Below are positions 1 to 14,000 of a DNA stretch of 64,000 nucleotides, piece by piece (position 1 is the stretch's first letter; each line of letters begins with the position of its first letter). Position numbers and translations under genes: made by a program. Where the stretch lies: contig CP075492.1 of NCBI GenBank assembly GCA_021613535.1, forward strand, positions 17,670,001-17,734,000, in the 5' to 3' direction. The notes below the pieces were generated by a model. That model had not been told where the DNA came from and searched no databases. It worked only from the letters and a program-made list of their open reading frames with translations. This DNA is from Adineta vaga. Its lineage: Eukaryota > Animalia > Rotifera.

Positions 1-1317
1 ATATAAACGGACAAAGTATATTGATACTTATGATTATGATGAACAGTAATATTTCGGATGTTGCGAAAGTTAAAGATATGAATTGGTTATAGTGATAGCG
101 TCTGTGGAAGACTCTTCTTTATTTCTTTCACTATGTTTGATAAAAGAAGTATGAATGTTAATAAATAGAAATTCTCTCCCAGTATGAAAACAACGACATC
201 TTAAACGCATTAATAGTACAATAACGAATGGTTATGTTCTCATGATTTTCTCCAAACCCTCAGTTTCTATTTATCCAATAGTAGTGCTCGATCATTACTT
301 CAGTAACTTTTAAAAGGAAGCACACCTAACGTTTTTATCTATTCCTATGTTTTACAAACTTCATCAGCTTGATACTGCATGATTGACTTGAATATTTGAT
401 TGTTGTAATCACTAATCGAAGATGTAGAATAATAGTATATTATATAATAAACAACCGATGTATCCTAAAAAATAAACAAAATATTCAAGTCTTTTGTCGA
501 ACTCGCGTATCTTTTTTAAAGAAAAATAAGTGAGCACATGTTTGACGTTGAGAACTTTGAGAAGTTCTCTCCTACCCTTCACTTATAGATGCATCCCTGC
601 CACAGGCGGAATTCTTTTACAGAAATAACATGATCTCAAGCAAAATCGTTGGCGAACTATCAAGGAGACGAGATGGCGATACTGACTTTCTAAAAGATTT
701 TCTTATAGACTAAAAAAACTTTATTTTTTATGATGAGAAAAATACTTTTTGCATGATTATGGGTTCATCTGCAGTAACAGAATTTTATTCATATCTATCA
801 TATCTTCAGAAACAGTCTTTGAATAGCGTACGATTTGAATTGCGTTTGCAAAGTAACCTCATAGAGCTTATTTTAAGTCAAAGTATCGAGAGTTTCCGTG
901 TGAAAAATTTTATTTAAAAAATACCTAATATCTACTACAATGAGAATGAGAAAATTTTTATATAGGATCGAAAGTGCTTTATTGTTTTCTCTAGTTTAGC
1001 ATCGAGTAAATCATCATAGACGCTAACACTTCGTAGATCCTCACCTTGATCATGGCCGAAGCGGGATCTGGGTAGCCTTGCCCGAACGTAAATAATGGTG
1101 CTGTTACGTCCTTGCATCATGACTGCTAACATGTGTATGCTCCATAATAATTTCTTATGCACCCAAATTATTGTATGAGAGAATCCTTCAGTTGTTTATT
1201 AACTTTGTCGCTTAAGTGAATCGAACACTTTTTTTATGGAAATATGTAATTAAACTTGAATTTGTTACAAATTTAAATTCATCATGAACTCAGCTATTAA
1301 TGGAAATCGGAAGTGTA

Positions 1318-1594
1318 TGCTAGGAGAAGAAAGGAGACTTTTGTATTCTAAGTAGTTTTGCGCTACTTTGAAGTACTTTCAGCCACTTCGACTACTTTAA
1401 GTGCCAAAACAGAACACTTTTGTTCCGTTTTTGGGCAAAAATTTCTCGAAATACAGCACTTTGAGACACTTAGACGGAATTTTAAGTACTTTGACATATT
1501 TTTCAAGTACTTTAAGCTATTTCGAGCTACTTTAAAACACTTTTGTACTTTGTTGTAATTTTCTACTTCAGGTCTGCTTTTTTCCCTTAGAGTG
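1318..1594. mobile_element. Degenerate CACTA-type MITE
   Basis: Right end reads CACTCTAAGGGAAAAAAGCAGAC on the minus strand; left end is a decayed match; TA on both flanks; many internal tacttt/cacttt repeats. Confidence 0.4.
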
Positions 1595-1946
1595 TATGAC
1601 TAAGATTATCTTTCCTCCGATCACACTCTAATTCTCATCTTAAAGCGTTGATTTAATAGTGTTACAGTAAAAAACAATTTGTTTCGCTCAGCGTAACTTG
1701 TGTCAGCATCAATTTAGTTTTCATGGTAAAAATGTTTTGACTTTAACTCTGTTGGAATACGATCTATGTATTCAGATTTAAATAAAACAAAAATAACTAG
1801 ACGATTTATTGTTTATAGATCAATTGGTTCAATTTATGAAATTAAGCACATTAGAAAAATCTACACAAATATAAAATGTTATTTACAGTGACATTTATTC
1901 GTATAGAAGTAGATCATATGCGATTTAGCGAATATTTATCTATGTA

Positions 1947-3587
1947 AAGGGTATTGCAAAATTATAGACCCCCCATATACATGAATACGAAAATCGTTAT
2001 TTTATTTCAGCAGTAAGAGATGGTGATCAACCAATGCCATAGGAATGCGTCGGTACACATGTACTATCTACCAATCTAACATCCTATTTCTGTTCGCTGA
2101 TAGTAGAAGAAAAAAATAAAAATTTGTGAAAACTTGCTGTACCATAAGTATAGACCCCCTATACGAAAAATACATTTCTCGATTTTCTGGAGTTGACCAA
2201 CTGTTAATTTCTGACATTTTCCTATGATACAAGTAACACTCTATCTATTTCTCTCACTTTGCGGTATGGATGGTCAAAATTATGGCGCAGATTCTCGTTA
2301 TTATGAGTTTTATTGGTGTCTTATAACTAACTACGTGATCTTGGTCAAGAGACACTTTTTTCGTAATTTATATCTATACAAAACTAGTCTGATAGACATA
2401 ATTACGTGAGATAGCATTGCCCTAAGTCAAATTATGTCGATCGAGAGCAACTGAATAGAGTTTAAGAAAATAGTCACCTTGGCACTTCTCTTTTATGTGG
2501 ACTGTTCGTTAGAAAGTCGCAGAATTTTATGACTAGTCGAAGCGATCAATTCAATCTCATGGGATAGTTAGAGAGAGCCTATCAAGTTGTACAAGAATAT
2601 CAACAAATATAATACAGGAAAGCAGTCCTCAGAATAAAGATTGATGACGTCGAAGATTGGCTAATTACTAAACTTATGCAAAATTGACTACTGTCGTCTG
2701 ATTGTGTTATAGTAACTCGTGAAGAAGTAAACTGGATTTTTCCTACTTTACTGAGATTCATAATCAAAGAGGTGTCTGAAAAAGTGTATAGAGTCCGCCG
2801 GAATCAGTGTATCAAAATTATATAAACAAATTTTCTGTTGCCTCCATATGCATTTATCTGGTGAAACTAGTTAATCTTCGACGTCATCAATCTTTATTCT
2901 GAGGACTGCTTTCCTGTATTATATTTGTTGATATTCTTGTACAACTTGATAGGCTCTCTCTAACTATACCATTAGATTGGAGTCATCGGTTCAACTAGTC
3001 ATGAAATTCTGCGACTTTTTAAGGAACAGTCTACATAGATATGGGGTACCACGATAGCTATCTTCTCAAACTCTATCAAATTGCTCTTTAATCAACATAG
3101 TTTCAATCAGGTCGATGCTATCTGGAGTAAACACATCTATCGGACTAGTTCTGAACAAATCAAAATTACGAAAAACGGATCTTCTGATCAAGATCACGTA
3201 GTGAGTGATAAGACACCAGTTAAAATCTCATAATAACGAGAATCTGCGCCATAATTTTGACCATCCATACCGCAAAGTGAGAGAAATAGATAGAGTGTTA
3301 CTTGTATCATAGGAAAATGTCAGAAATTAACAGTTGGTCAACTCCAGAAAATCGAGAAATGTATTTTTCGTATAGGGGGTCTATACTTATGGTACAGCAA
3401 GTTTTCACAAATTTTTATTTTTTTCTTCTACTATCAGCGAACAGAAATAGGATGTTAGATTGGTAGATAGTACATGTGTACCGACGCACTCCTATGGCAT
3501 TGGTTGGTCACCATCTCTTATTGCTGAAATAAAATAACGAATTTCGTATTCATGTATATGGGGGGTCTATAGTTTTGACACACCATG
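1947..3587. mobile_element. Foldback non-autonomous Tc1/mariner-type element, ~710-bp inverted arms and ~215-bp spacer
   Basis: 1947-2658 is the reverse complement of ~2873-3587; TA flanks at 1945-46 and 3588-89; termini resemble CAGGGTGTGTCAAAA. Confidence 0.85.
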
Positions 3588-5372
3588 TATAATAGATTGC
3601 TAATATGCTATAATAGCTCTTTACATTTTGTAAACAAAATGAACATACTTACAACTGAAGTATAGGTAATATTGATTGAAAAGGAAAGTACGTAAGCGAA
3701 TAGAAGAGACAATAAGCTTAAACGAAATATGAATAACTGAATAATACATCGATAGACAGATTATTTTATATGTTCTTCTTTGCAGCAATCATTCAAGTGT
3801 GATCATCAATTTTTTTCTAGCTTAATCAACAAAAGAAAAGCATTATACATGAATCATCCACATAATAAATGTTAACTGGATAAATATTTGGATAAAACAG
3901 AACAAGCATAATCTTCGCCTTCCTTTCTGTTCGATGATTACTGACTCATAGATTACCTTGATATAAGTTAACGAAAGAAAAAAAAAGACGTTCGATACAA
4001 ATAAATCATAGGCAGTGTTTTATCATTATTTACTTGGAGAACATTATGTACAAGTAATATTTACTAGCAAAAAATCGTAAAACAATTTATTCGTTTCTCC
4101 AACGCCGATGATATCCATAACTAACGACTATCATGAGAGTTCAAAAAGGCATGGTCATTTTTATTTTTAACATATAAAAAAAAATTTCAAGTCGAAAAGT
4201 TAATCGTACTTGGTAATTGTATCACTGTGACGATCTATCCCGTCCTCACCTGCGTTCTTTTAGTTTGCACTTACATAGTTCGTACTTTTTTATATACCTT
4301 GTTTGTTTTGATCAGCTGATCAGATATGGTGTGATACTAGATATTCCTCCTACTATACAAAGGATGAGGAATAGATAGTAGCGTGTGCTCTTTTATCAAT
4401 AAATATATATAGTACCAGCATTTGTACGTCGAGTCCAGTTCACAAATCGTTACAATCACTATCATTGTCAATTATTGTTTACAATCGTTTTGGGTATCCG
4501 GCGATGTGACTTTTGACAATATTTGTGTATTTATCTGATTACCATATTGGCGGAATTATTTCACTCATATGAATCAAAATATGATTCGAATCAACTAAAT
4601 TGGTATTAATCGCATTTTCATTACTAATTTCACCTTGAAAAGTAGCAAACATCGGTGCGTCTAATATAGAACAATCAGTCATCAAAATTTTGGAATTAGT
4701 TGCTTTCATAAATGGAAGAACACAATGTCGTAAAACATATAAGTAAGATTGTCCATGTACAGGTTTATTACCCCCCCCCCTATATTAGAAGACTCTTTTC
4801 AACAAAAAGTTCAAAAGTTGTATTAGAAGACCCCTTTATTATATAATTTCGATGAATATTATGGAAAATTTTAATAAAAAATGCTTCTTTCCCTTCTAAA
4901 AAAAACTTTTCTTTTCCATTTGTGCTTAAGTCAATGAATGTAGCGAATATTCGAACAGTCGACAACGTTTCTTTTCTACTCGTCCCTATGTCTATGGACA
5001 TTCTCGACTGAATTTTTATTTTTTCTTCACTTATAATCAAATGCATACCGCGATCTCCTCATTATGTACGAAGATATCATTGTTCTAAATGATTTCGTGT
5101 TAGTAATATGGTCATATTTTTTATGTGATTTTTGTCATAATGATATATCACAACAATTTCCATTCATATAATCACAGTTAAAATTAAAAAAAGATATTTC
5201 TGATTGAAGTTAGATCCAGTTTTTTCCATTGACAAATGAAATGAGATGAGATAAAAAGACTTGTTCTGAAAGTCAAATTGCGAAGAAATTATTAAAATAA
5301 ATTCAAATAGACGTTATAGATTAATCTAATATTATATTGAGTGAAAATAGACACGAATACATCATAAAGATA

Positions 5373-5658
5373 CTCAGGCAGACAAAATCGATAAAAAACG
5401 CGATTCGCGAGAAAAAACAATGTTCTTACGTTGTTTTTTTTCAACAAAACGTATATTTACCGTGTTAAAAAATACACTTTTGTGCGCGTACAAACGTTGT
5501 TATTGCCTATTTTCTGTCGCGAAGAAAAAACATTGCTTATACGGGTACAAAAGTGTAGTTTTAACACGGTAAATATACGTTTTGTTGGAAAAAACCAACA
5601 TAAGAACATTGTTTTTTTCTCGCGAATCGCGTTTTTTTATCGATTTTGTCTGTCTAGG
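5373..5658. mobile_element. MITE with ~125-bp terminal inverted repeats
   Basis: cagacaaaatcgataaaaaacgcgattcgcgagaaaaaacaatgttctt... is mirrored at the right end; TA on both flanks. Confidence 0.85.
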
Positions 5659-5710
5659 TATTAAACAAAATACAGTCTATTGAACAATTGTATATATTCA
5701 TATACAAGTT

Positions 5711-6900
5711 TTACCAGGAGTAAGAGATGGTACAATGTCTTTCATATAACTCTAAGTTATATTTTGTTTTAAAAAGATTTACCTTGAGTGCAGTACTAGC
5801 ACAAACTCCAACCAGATGAATATGTTCTAATTGTGATCGATGTTGATCAGGAATATCTTCCAATGAAAAATAAATCATGGACATTTTGTGTCTATCTTTC
5901 TTAGCACCAATTGGATTGGTTAGTCCGATGTCATCGATACATAATTGTACCAGTAAACTGTCATCGTCAACTCGACTACCATAATGACCATCACGAAATG
6001 AGAACATCAAATCTTCGTCATAAAACACTTTCTCTCGTTGCTCTTTCATATTATTAAGAATTTGATTAATAACATATTCATTGCGCAAAACTAATTTAAT
6101 TGTCTCATCAATTGGAATGAAATATGCAACTTGTTTTTGTTCACCAGGATTTGATAAAATAATTTCTTCCGGTGGACGATACGAAAAATTTTCTTCACAA
6201 AATTTTTGGAATTGGTATTCGTTCCGAGAAACAGCTTCAACTGCATACAAACTTAATTCAGCGTGTTTTTAACAGTATTCGTATCAAGAAATGTTTTTGT
6301 TGAATTCAATGTTGATGTTGATGACGAAATATTTTCAGTTGTATTTAAACCATTAAACATAACTTTTTGCTCAAGTAAATGCTGCAAATGATTGATTAGT
6401 GTAACGATATAAGTTGAAATAGTATTAATGGTTGTTTTTGGTAAAAGAAATTGTTCACGTAGTTGCAATATAAACAGCGCAAAGGATTTTTTGATATCCA
6501 ATATAGATATACACTCGATGTTTTGATCGAAAATCGAATCAAATAAACTAATTGGATCAATATTATTCTCATCTTCATTAATTGCATTGAAATCATGACT
6601 GTTATCAGTTAAATCATTTGCATCATTATTCAAATCGAGAGGTAAAGTATTATTGATATAAGATGGTTCAAAAACATCGGTTTTAATTTCCGATATATGT
6701 AATTGATCGGCATGATACCGATAAATGTGAGATTTGTATCCTGTATATGTATTATAGGAAATTCCACAGTATATACTCAAATTACAAGTAATTTGAAATT
6801 TAGATTCATTTTGATGAAAGAGAGTAATATGTCGGAAAAACTTTAAAAATGTTTCGAATGTACGATCATTGAACCAAAGAGGGCAAACAAATAACGACAT
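5711..6900 (-). pseudogene. EnSpm/CACTA (CMC)-type transposase, frameshifted and 3'-truncated
   Basis: N-terminal C2H2-like fingers (CPL..H..H; C..C..SHIYRYH) and core motif LCIDDIGLTNPIGAKKDRHKMSMIYFSLEDIP..RS.LEHIHL; split into two ORFs; no C-terminal half seen. Confidence 0.75.
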
Positions 6901-8379
6901 GATAAATTGAAATGAAACGAAAATACTTCAACTAAATCTTATTTTATATATTAGATTAACGATTTTTTTCCTTTTCGATTATCATGCCGATGTGTAACAT
7001 TAATAATAATCGACCGTTTAGTCTATAGACATCGACACGAAATAACGATAAAAAAAATAGAGAGTGAGCTATTGCTAATGCGATATTCAGTCGTTTGCGA
7101 ATCAGGTCAATTGAAAGAAGCATGGAAAAGACGAACAATAGAAAGGAAAGTTCCTGATATCGCGGTTTGACGGTCTAGTCGAAATTTCGTATCGACCTTT
7201 TATTTACAACCGAAAGAAAATAAATGACGGCAATTATTTACTCTTATGTGAAAAGAATACTATGAACGTTCTTTCTATTTACACGCATAAAGAAAAAAAG
7301 AAAAAACAAATACACTATGACCTTCAATAAGTGATATAATACTATTATCATTAATGAAAGATTTACACCATTTAGCAACTTCTTCACACGTCCAATTCAT
7401 ACTGATGATAAAAGAATAACAATCTAAAAAATGGGTTAAATAGATGCAAAATAAGAAAAAAAACGAATCTTATAAGTTTTATGCAAATATATACGTATAA
7501 TTGATGTATACAAAACTACCTGAGCAATAGGTACACTAATAATACTATTTCTAGTTGTTAGATATACAACCCATTTAGAATCAGCTACATATGAATTTAG
7601 TAGCTTATTTTCTCAAAAAATGACTAATTTCTTCTATTCCAATAAATTAGAATTGGCATCCTTCTTTCGTACATATTCATATACGTCTATGTGAATGTAC
7701 TATCATCGTTTTATCTCTTTCTGCCTATAGCAGAGTCCATTTCATTCCAATATATATTAACTGTGATCAGCATCTATTTATTATTTCAAACAGCAAATGG
7801 TGCTATTTATCTACATGAATAATTCATATTTCCAACATACATAACATATGTTCTATAAGATTTTAATAACGCTCATAATGAACATCATTCATCTTCTCAC
7901 AAATTATGAATACTTTTCACAATCCTTATTCGATCAATTCTCTTATCATAGGCTTTCCTTTCTTAGGTACTGTTTTCAGCATACAATCAAATTATAAAAA
8001 AGAAATATTTTTTTACAAAAATACTTCTAACATTTTACTACCAGACTCATAAAACAAAAAGAAATCATAAAATACTCTTAGTTCTTTGCGTGCACTAAAC
8101 TGACAACCATGTTTTTCGATGAATCATAATGCCAATCGAACGCTTCTCCTACTCAATCGTCAATGTTATAATTTAAAAAATGTTTTCTTCGGAACTGTGA
8201 ATGAATTATCTTACGATAATATTTGAAGGAGTCTTCATTATGAAACCGTATCTTATTGTCACTTTCGTTTGCAATACCAAAAACTCTGTCGTTGGAACTG
8301 TAGATCAACGTTTCTTCATCTGTATTGTTAACGATCCTTTCGAAGAGATCATAGATTAGATTTCACTGAATTACGCTTC

Positions 8380-8770
8380 CAAAAACCCTTCCGTTGGAGT
8401 CGTCCAATAATGTTCCCTCAACCGTATTGCCAAAAACCCTTCCGGTGGAGTCGTCCAATAATGTTCCCTCAACCGTATTAGGACAAACCTTTTCCGTAGA
8501 GTCGCACAAAAATGATTTGCTCAACCGTATTTGAAAAACTCTCTCCATAGAATCGTAGATTACAATAATGGCGGCAGAGTTTGCAAAACCCTTTTTGATA
8601 AAATCGTGCATCATTATTTCCTCTTTCTTAATACCAAAAACTCTTTTAACGGAGCCGTGGATTAATGTTCTGTATATCGTATTTACAGGAACCTTTCTAA
8701 TAGAATCGGGCGCCATTGTACCCTACACCGTATCTGCAAAAACGATTTTCGCGGAATCGTGGATCCTTAT
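8380..8770. repeat. Degenerate ~51-bp tandem array (subterminal repeats of a CACTG element)
   Basis: caaaaacccttccg(t/g)tggagtcgtccaataatgttccctcaaccgtatt at 8380 and 8431, with decaying copies to ~8770. Confidence 0.7.
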
Positions 8771-9784
8771 ACCTTCTTTCGTAGATGAATTACCGTTAGT
8801 CTGGAGACAAAATGAACAAAAACCCTATAAAACCTAAAAAACGGTCCACTTCAAAAACGTCCGATCAAATAAACGATTTTTTCGTATATGAGCCGTCCAT
8901 AAACCCTTCAAGGGTTTGTGAGAAGTTACAGAAAGGGCAAGATTTCTGTACTATACTCTTATTTTTTACAGTGTACATATAGGCAGAACTGTAATAATAC
9001 TTAAAATAGTTAGACTTTGTCGTAACAAATGATAACGAAGTTCATCACCTAAAGATACTCATGAATGTATATTTGTCTCTAGAAATGATTTTATTCAAAT
9101 AGATTGCGTTTATAGTTTAATTATCATGACTATGAGTGATAAATTAGCTTTTATATATATCCCGTATAGCACATCATCAACAAGAATATCTCAGAAAATT
9201 TAATAAAATTATAAATGAGATATAAATTATTAGGAATTATAAGATTCTTATAAATCTACTAATAAATGAAACATATCAGTTTAAATGAGAAGATTTTTTT
9301 ATTACTGATTAGATTAGACTATCATATCTGATATTAGTATGAACATCACCGGACGGTTAAATGGAATTAGTGGATTGCAATCACTCGATAAGAAGTTCGA
9401 ATCTAATCAGAAGAAAATAAATAAAAAATAGATACTGGTATTTAATGAATTGACCGAAGTGTTGAAGTATCATCTCAAGATAATGGATAAGGTTACAAAC
9501 ATAGAAATGTTAAAGATTACCAGATAGATGTCAGAAATAATATACCATCAATATGATAGATTCATTTTTGGCAAAAATCGTTAATAACCACGGTTTGAAC
9601 ATACGGCGGTTTCGGGCGGTGTAGAAAAACCTAATAAAAGGTCTGACTTTTTCGGTACAAAATCACCGTTCAAAGCCGCAAGTAATAAACCGTTAATTAC
9701 CGCGATATTTATTGAAAAAATTTTCCGTGGGTAGAAAAACGACTATATATACGATGAAATTCATACATATCGCTAAAGAGAAAC

Positions 9785-9970
9785 ATGTCGGCTGACCACA
9801 ACAATAAACATTCAATGTCTCTAGTAGATTATGTGGATTCAGACAATTCAACAAACGATTCCAATGATGATAATGATTCTATCGAAGTTGTTTCCAGTTA
9901 CGATGAAAAAGAAAATGATCTTATTGATATGACGAAAAACTTGGTGTTTAGTTCGGATGATGATTCTTGA
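9785..9970 (+). pseudogene. Acidic N-terminal gene fragment ending at a palindromic site
   Basis: 61-aa D/S/N-rich ORF whose stop is the TGA inside the CTTGAG terminus of the site at 9966. Confidence 0.35.
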
Positions 9971-10026
9971 GGGTGAGTGTGGGTTAGATTTGATTCATAA
10001 GCCTTATACACACCCACATCCTCAAG
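9966..10026. repeat. Telomeric-repeat palindromic site 1
   Basis: cttgagggtgagtgtggg-core-cacacccacatcctcaag. Confidence 0.9.
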
Positions 10027-10142
10027 TTTCTAACGATGGATTTGATATAGTAATCGTCGTCATTTTATTATTTAGTGAATAAAAACAAAAAGGAATAAAA
10101 ATTGAGCCTAATAATAGAAAAGAGAGAGAGAGAGAGAGATAG

Positions 10143-10205
10143 TTTGAGGGTGGGTGTTACTCTTTCCTTTACTCACACCCTCACACACACGCACACACCC
10201 TCAAG
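10143..10205. repeat. Telomeric-repeat palindromic site 2
   Basis: tttgagggtgggtgt-core-cacaccc...cacaccctcaag. Confidence 0.9.
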
Positions 10206-10683
10206 ATTTCTGCCTTGTTCTGTAGAGCATTTTCGAGTAAGTTCACCTTTCTGTATTTATGTGTAATAAGTGGTGTTTTCTTGACACGGCCATTCGGGCG
10301 AGGTACATTTTTTCACCAAAACTTCCATAATATTCTAAGGATTCTTCGGGCTATATAAATGCGAAATTTCAGATGCGAATTCTGTATTGAGACGTTTCAA
10401 TATACCTCTTCCTACAGCTCGAAAACTCAGTAAAACAGCTATCAGTGGAAATTTTCCCGAAGTATTCACTTTTCGAATGCGCTCTACAGAACAAGGTAGA
10501 AATGGACACACGCGAAGTGTTACGCTTCGAATGATTCGCTCATAAATAAGAGAGGTAACGTATTCTTTCCGAAACCCTTGGAGTGGCTGATGTATAGGTT
10601 TCTCCAGCATCATTAAACGCTTTTACGTACGTTTTTTTAACAGTTTTTGAAAGGGTTTTGTATTATGCTGTTTTTTTACAGTG
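10206..10683. mobile_element. One-ended CACTG-type non-autonomous element
   Basis: Ends in tttttttacagtg like the 8973 terminus; other end absent, cut by site 2. Confidence 0.5.
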
Positions 10684-10684
10684 T

Positions 10685-10706
10685 ACACCCACATCCACTC
10701 CTCAAG
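10685..10706. repeat. Telomeric-repeat site 3 (C-arm only)
   Basis: acacccacatccactcctcaag abutting the CACTG terminus. Confidence 0.75.
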
Positions 10707-11063
10707 ATGAGTGGCTACGCCACTGGAAATCAGTTAAATTATTAGATATCAACAAAATATAAAGAAGATGGAATAAGTATTTTCTTTTCTTTATAGAAAT
10801 AATTTTAATAATTCCAGAGAAGTAAAAATCATGCACTAACTTTGACAGATAAGCGACGGCTTTTCTGCGTGTTTTTTTTATCTAACAGGTGCGATGAAAC
10901 AAATAGCAATATTTCAATAAAATGATTGATATCGATAGAAAAATATTTAGTATATGTAGAAGGATTTTAACATATTCTAGTTATTAGTTGACTGAAATAA
11001 AAGGAAATCTTATGAAACATTGCTTATATAGTGGTTACTGTTGAATACAATCATTTCGTAACA

Positions 11064-14000
11064 ATGATAAATGCCACAATTATCTTGCAGTGGCTTTATG
11101 ATGCAATACGTAATTATAATATTTTTCTGCCTGAAGAATACGATGATTCATCAATTGTTCATAGACGACAAAAATATGCAACATGGTTGTATATTGTTTT
11201 GCTCTTTGGTAATTTATAAGAATTTTATTTTCCCATGTGCATTCTAAAGTATATTCAATATTTTCTAGTTAGTCTATATATTCTTTTTTACATGGCTTTG
11301 GTAAAAGCACAACCTGAATTGATTATTGTTTCTGATGTAACTCCAAAGATATTCGAAAATCTTCAAAAGAAATATAATCAAAGTCTTGTTTGTCCATGTA
11401 CAACAATCTCTACTCCATACAAATTTTTTCTTTCCCATCGTATTAAATTTCATCCTATTTGCTCGAGTTTTTTCATCGAACGACAATGGGTTGAAGCATT
11501 GTACATAATAAATGCTAGTCTATATCGTTTAGATGATTTTCGTAAAACTGCAAATCGTCAGGTAAGCAAACATTCTATATGTAAAGAATAAATTTTATAA
11601 AATTTAGTTCGAACTTTTATCGAGTCTGTGTTCGATTTCTAAAGATGCAATTTTGAAGAGTAAGATTGATATTAATAATGAAGAATTAATAAGTGAATAT
11701 CTTTTAACTGCAATGCAAATTCAATCCGAAGCCAATGCAGTCGTCGATTCCTTTAAGAATAGTATTACAATTCAAATAATTTCATTTCTCAATTATATAA
11801 ACACAACTAATATTGCAAATTACTTAATTTCAGCTCTAAACACAAATGCATTGTTTACAATTCAAGGTTATGAGAATCATATCAACGTTATATCTAAAGA
11901 GACCTATTATATTCAGTTTAACACGAATGGACAGCAACGTACGTAGCACAGTTTTCATCATATTCCGGGAAAATAAAACATTTTTATCATTCATTTATAG
12001 AAATGAAAATGTGCAGTGATTCGAATCCAACAAGCGCGTCAATTTTGGTTTCATCATTTAATGATGAACAGTTTTACAGTCCTGATAGATGGGAAGATGC
12101 TAATCTAAATTCAACATTCGTTGATGGATTTTTTGTTGGATGTACTCCTTTTCAAGCTCTTCTTCGTAGTACATTTGATTGTTTATATCATATCGAATGT
12201 CTTGATTTATTAAAGAAATATTTTCCAAATGTTTCTAAAGTAATGTCTTCTACCGGATTACTTCTTTCTTCAAAACAAAATCATTTTTCTGTAAATGATT
12301 ATCTTATTAATCTATTCGTCGAAGAATGGTCAAGAGAAGTAAAATATTCGAAATATTTTGCAAAATGTTCTCCGCGTTCTTGTTCATATACAAAAACAAA
12401 TCGGAAGAATATTTATTATGCAATTACACTTTCAATAAGTCTCTACGGTGGTCTCATTATTATATTTCGATTGATAAGTCCATTCTTAGTTAATGTTCTA
12501 TTCAAGTTTCGTGAGCATATAACAACCAGAACTTTTTTTCGAGGTTTGTAGAGAATTTGAAATAGAATTCTAAATCGGTTTTTTTTCATAGTATCCTGCA
12601 AAATGAGTGTACAAAAGACTGTTCGACAAATTCAACAATTAAATTTGTTTAAAGCTATCGATGAACGAACAGAAGAAAATATCAAACGACAAAAGATTGT
12701 CACACGTATTTATCTAATTTTATTAAGTGGTAAAATAATTTTCATTAAAATCAACCCAATCAATTCTACAAAATCTTTCATTCTAGTTATATTTCCTATT
12801 TCCGTTCTTTTTACGTCATTGAATCCGAAAACAATAACAATAACTGTACCCAATCCATCAATGATGATTTACAATAATTTGCAAGTTTCGTATTCATCTA
12901 CACTAAGATGTCCGTGTTCAACCATAGCAATTCCTCATAAAAAATTTGTTTCATTGAATACAATTATACATCAGATATGCTTAAGTGATTTTGTTGACAA
13001 TCGTTGGATTTTAATATTAGAAGATATTGCACCCATATCTAAAGATACTGATTGGCGTAGTCGAGCTTCTTCACAATTTCGACTATTGCAAAATATTTGT
13101 CAGATAGCGAACAATACAGTTCAAGATATGATACATCGATTTATGTTGCAACTTTTCGTTACTGCTAATGTACTGAGTGAAAATGATTTCAAGAATGAAA
13201 TCGAGGAAAATCTCCAAGATCTTTTTCTATTCAAAAATTCTTATTTTAGTCTTCTTATTGAAACTTCAAATCTTCTGATACAAGTTGACCAACCATATCG
13301 AGTTATAGGAAAACATAATGAAAGAAATATATATCCATCAATAATCGCAAGTATTATAACAAGCAATCAATCAATTAATGTATGTATTAATTAAATAATC
13401 GATGAAGTTTGATTCCTTTTCTTTTCAATAGATCAAACTTCCTTCAATTGGAACACATGATATCGAATCAAAACAAATCAATTGTAACTGTATGACAGAT
13501 CCCTATTGTAAAAGTCCAATTGTAATTAACAATTTTGGTGAAGATTTGGCATATGATTATATTTTTGATGAGGTTTATATCATGCCAGGTTGGACTGAAA
13601 GATGCTCAGCTGTTGAATCTCTTCTCTTCTCAACACTTGAATGTTTCTATTCAAATTCGGATTGTTATTTTTTGATTATGCGTTACATTGAATACAAATA
13701 TGAACGGCATGATGATGATACAGGAAGGTTTTATGCTCGTCCTCTTATTCATAATCCTCTATTAACTCGTTTTCTTCCAAATACATCAATGAAAACACTG
13801 GTAGAAAATCTGATGATTGAACAATGGAATCGCACATTCTATTATAAAAACTATTATGATACATGTGCACCAATGATCTGTACATATTCAAAGAAAATTC
13901 ATGTAAAAAATGCTTTGGAAGTTCTATTAATATTGATTTCGATATTTGGTGGTCTTACTAAATCATTACATTTTCTTACACCTTATCTTTTTCAATTGGT

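Larger units (their letters stand above)
5700..8973 (-). mobile_element. EnSpm/CACTA element remnant, 5' terminus at 8973
   Basis: ttttttacagtg ending at 8973 (CACTGTAAAAAA on minus) lies upstream of the minus-strand transposase; other end not found. Confidence 0.55.

Noticed and set aside
1-1300. Decayed coding-like sequence on the minus strand
   Set aside because: Multiple stops and no identifiable motif
4500-4770. Possible Tc1-like transposase remnant (YVLRHCVLPFM...ILMTD, minus strand)
   Set aside because: Too short and degenerate to support
8363-8837. ORFs over the 51-bp array; possible CRISPR-like repeats
   Set aside because: Tandem units without unique spacers; the ORFs stay open because the period is a multiple of 3; no recognisable domain
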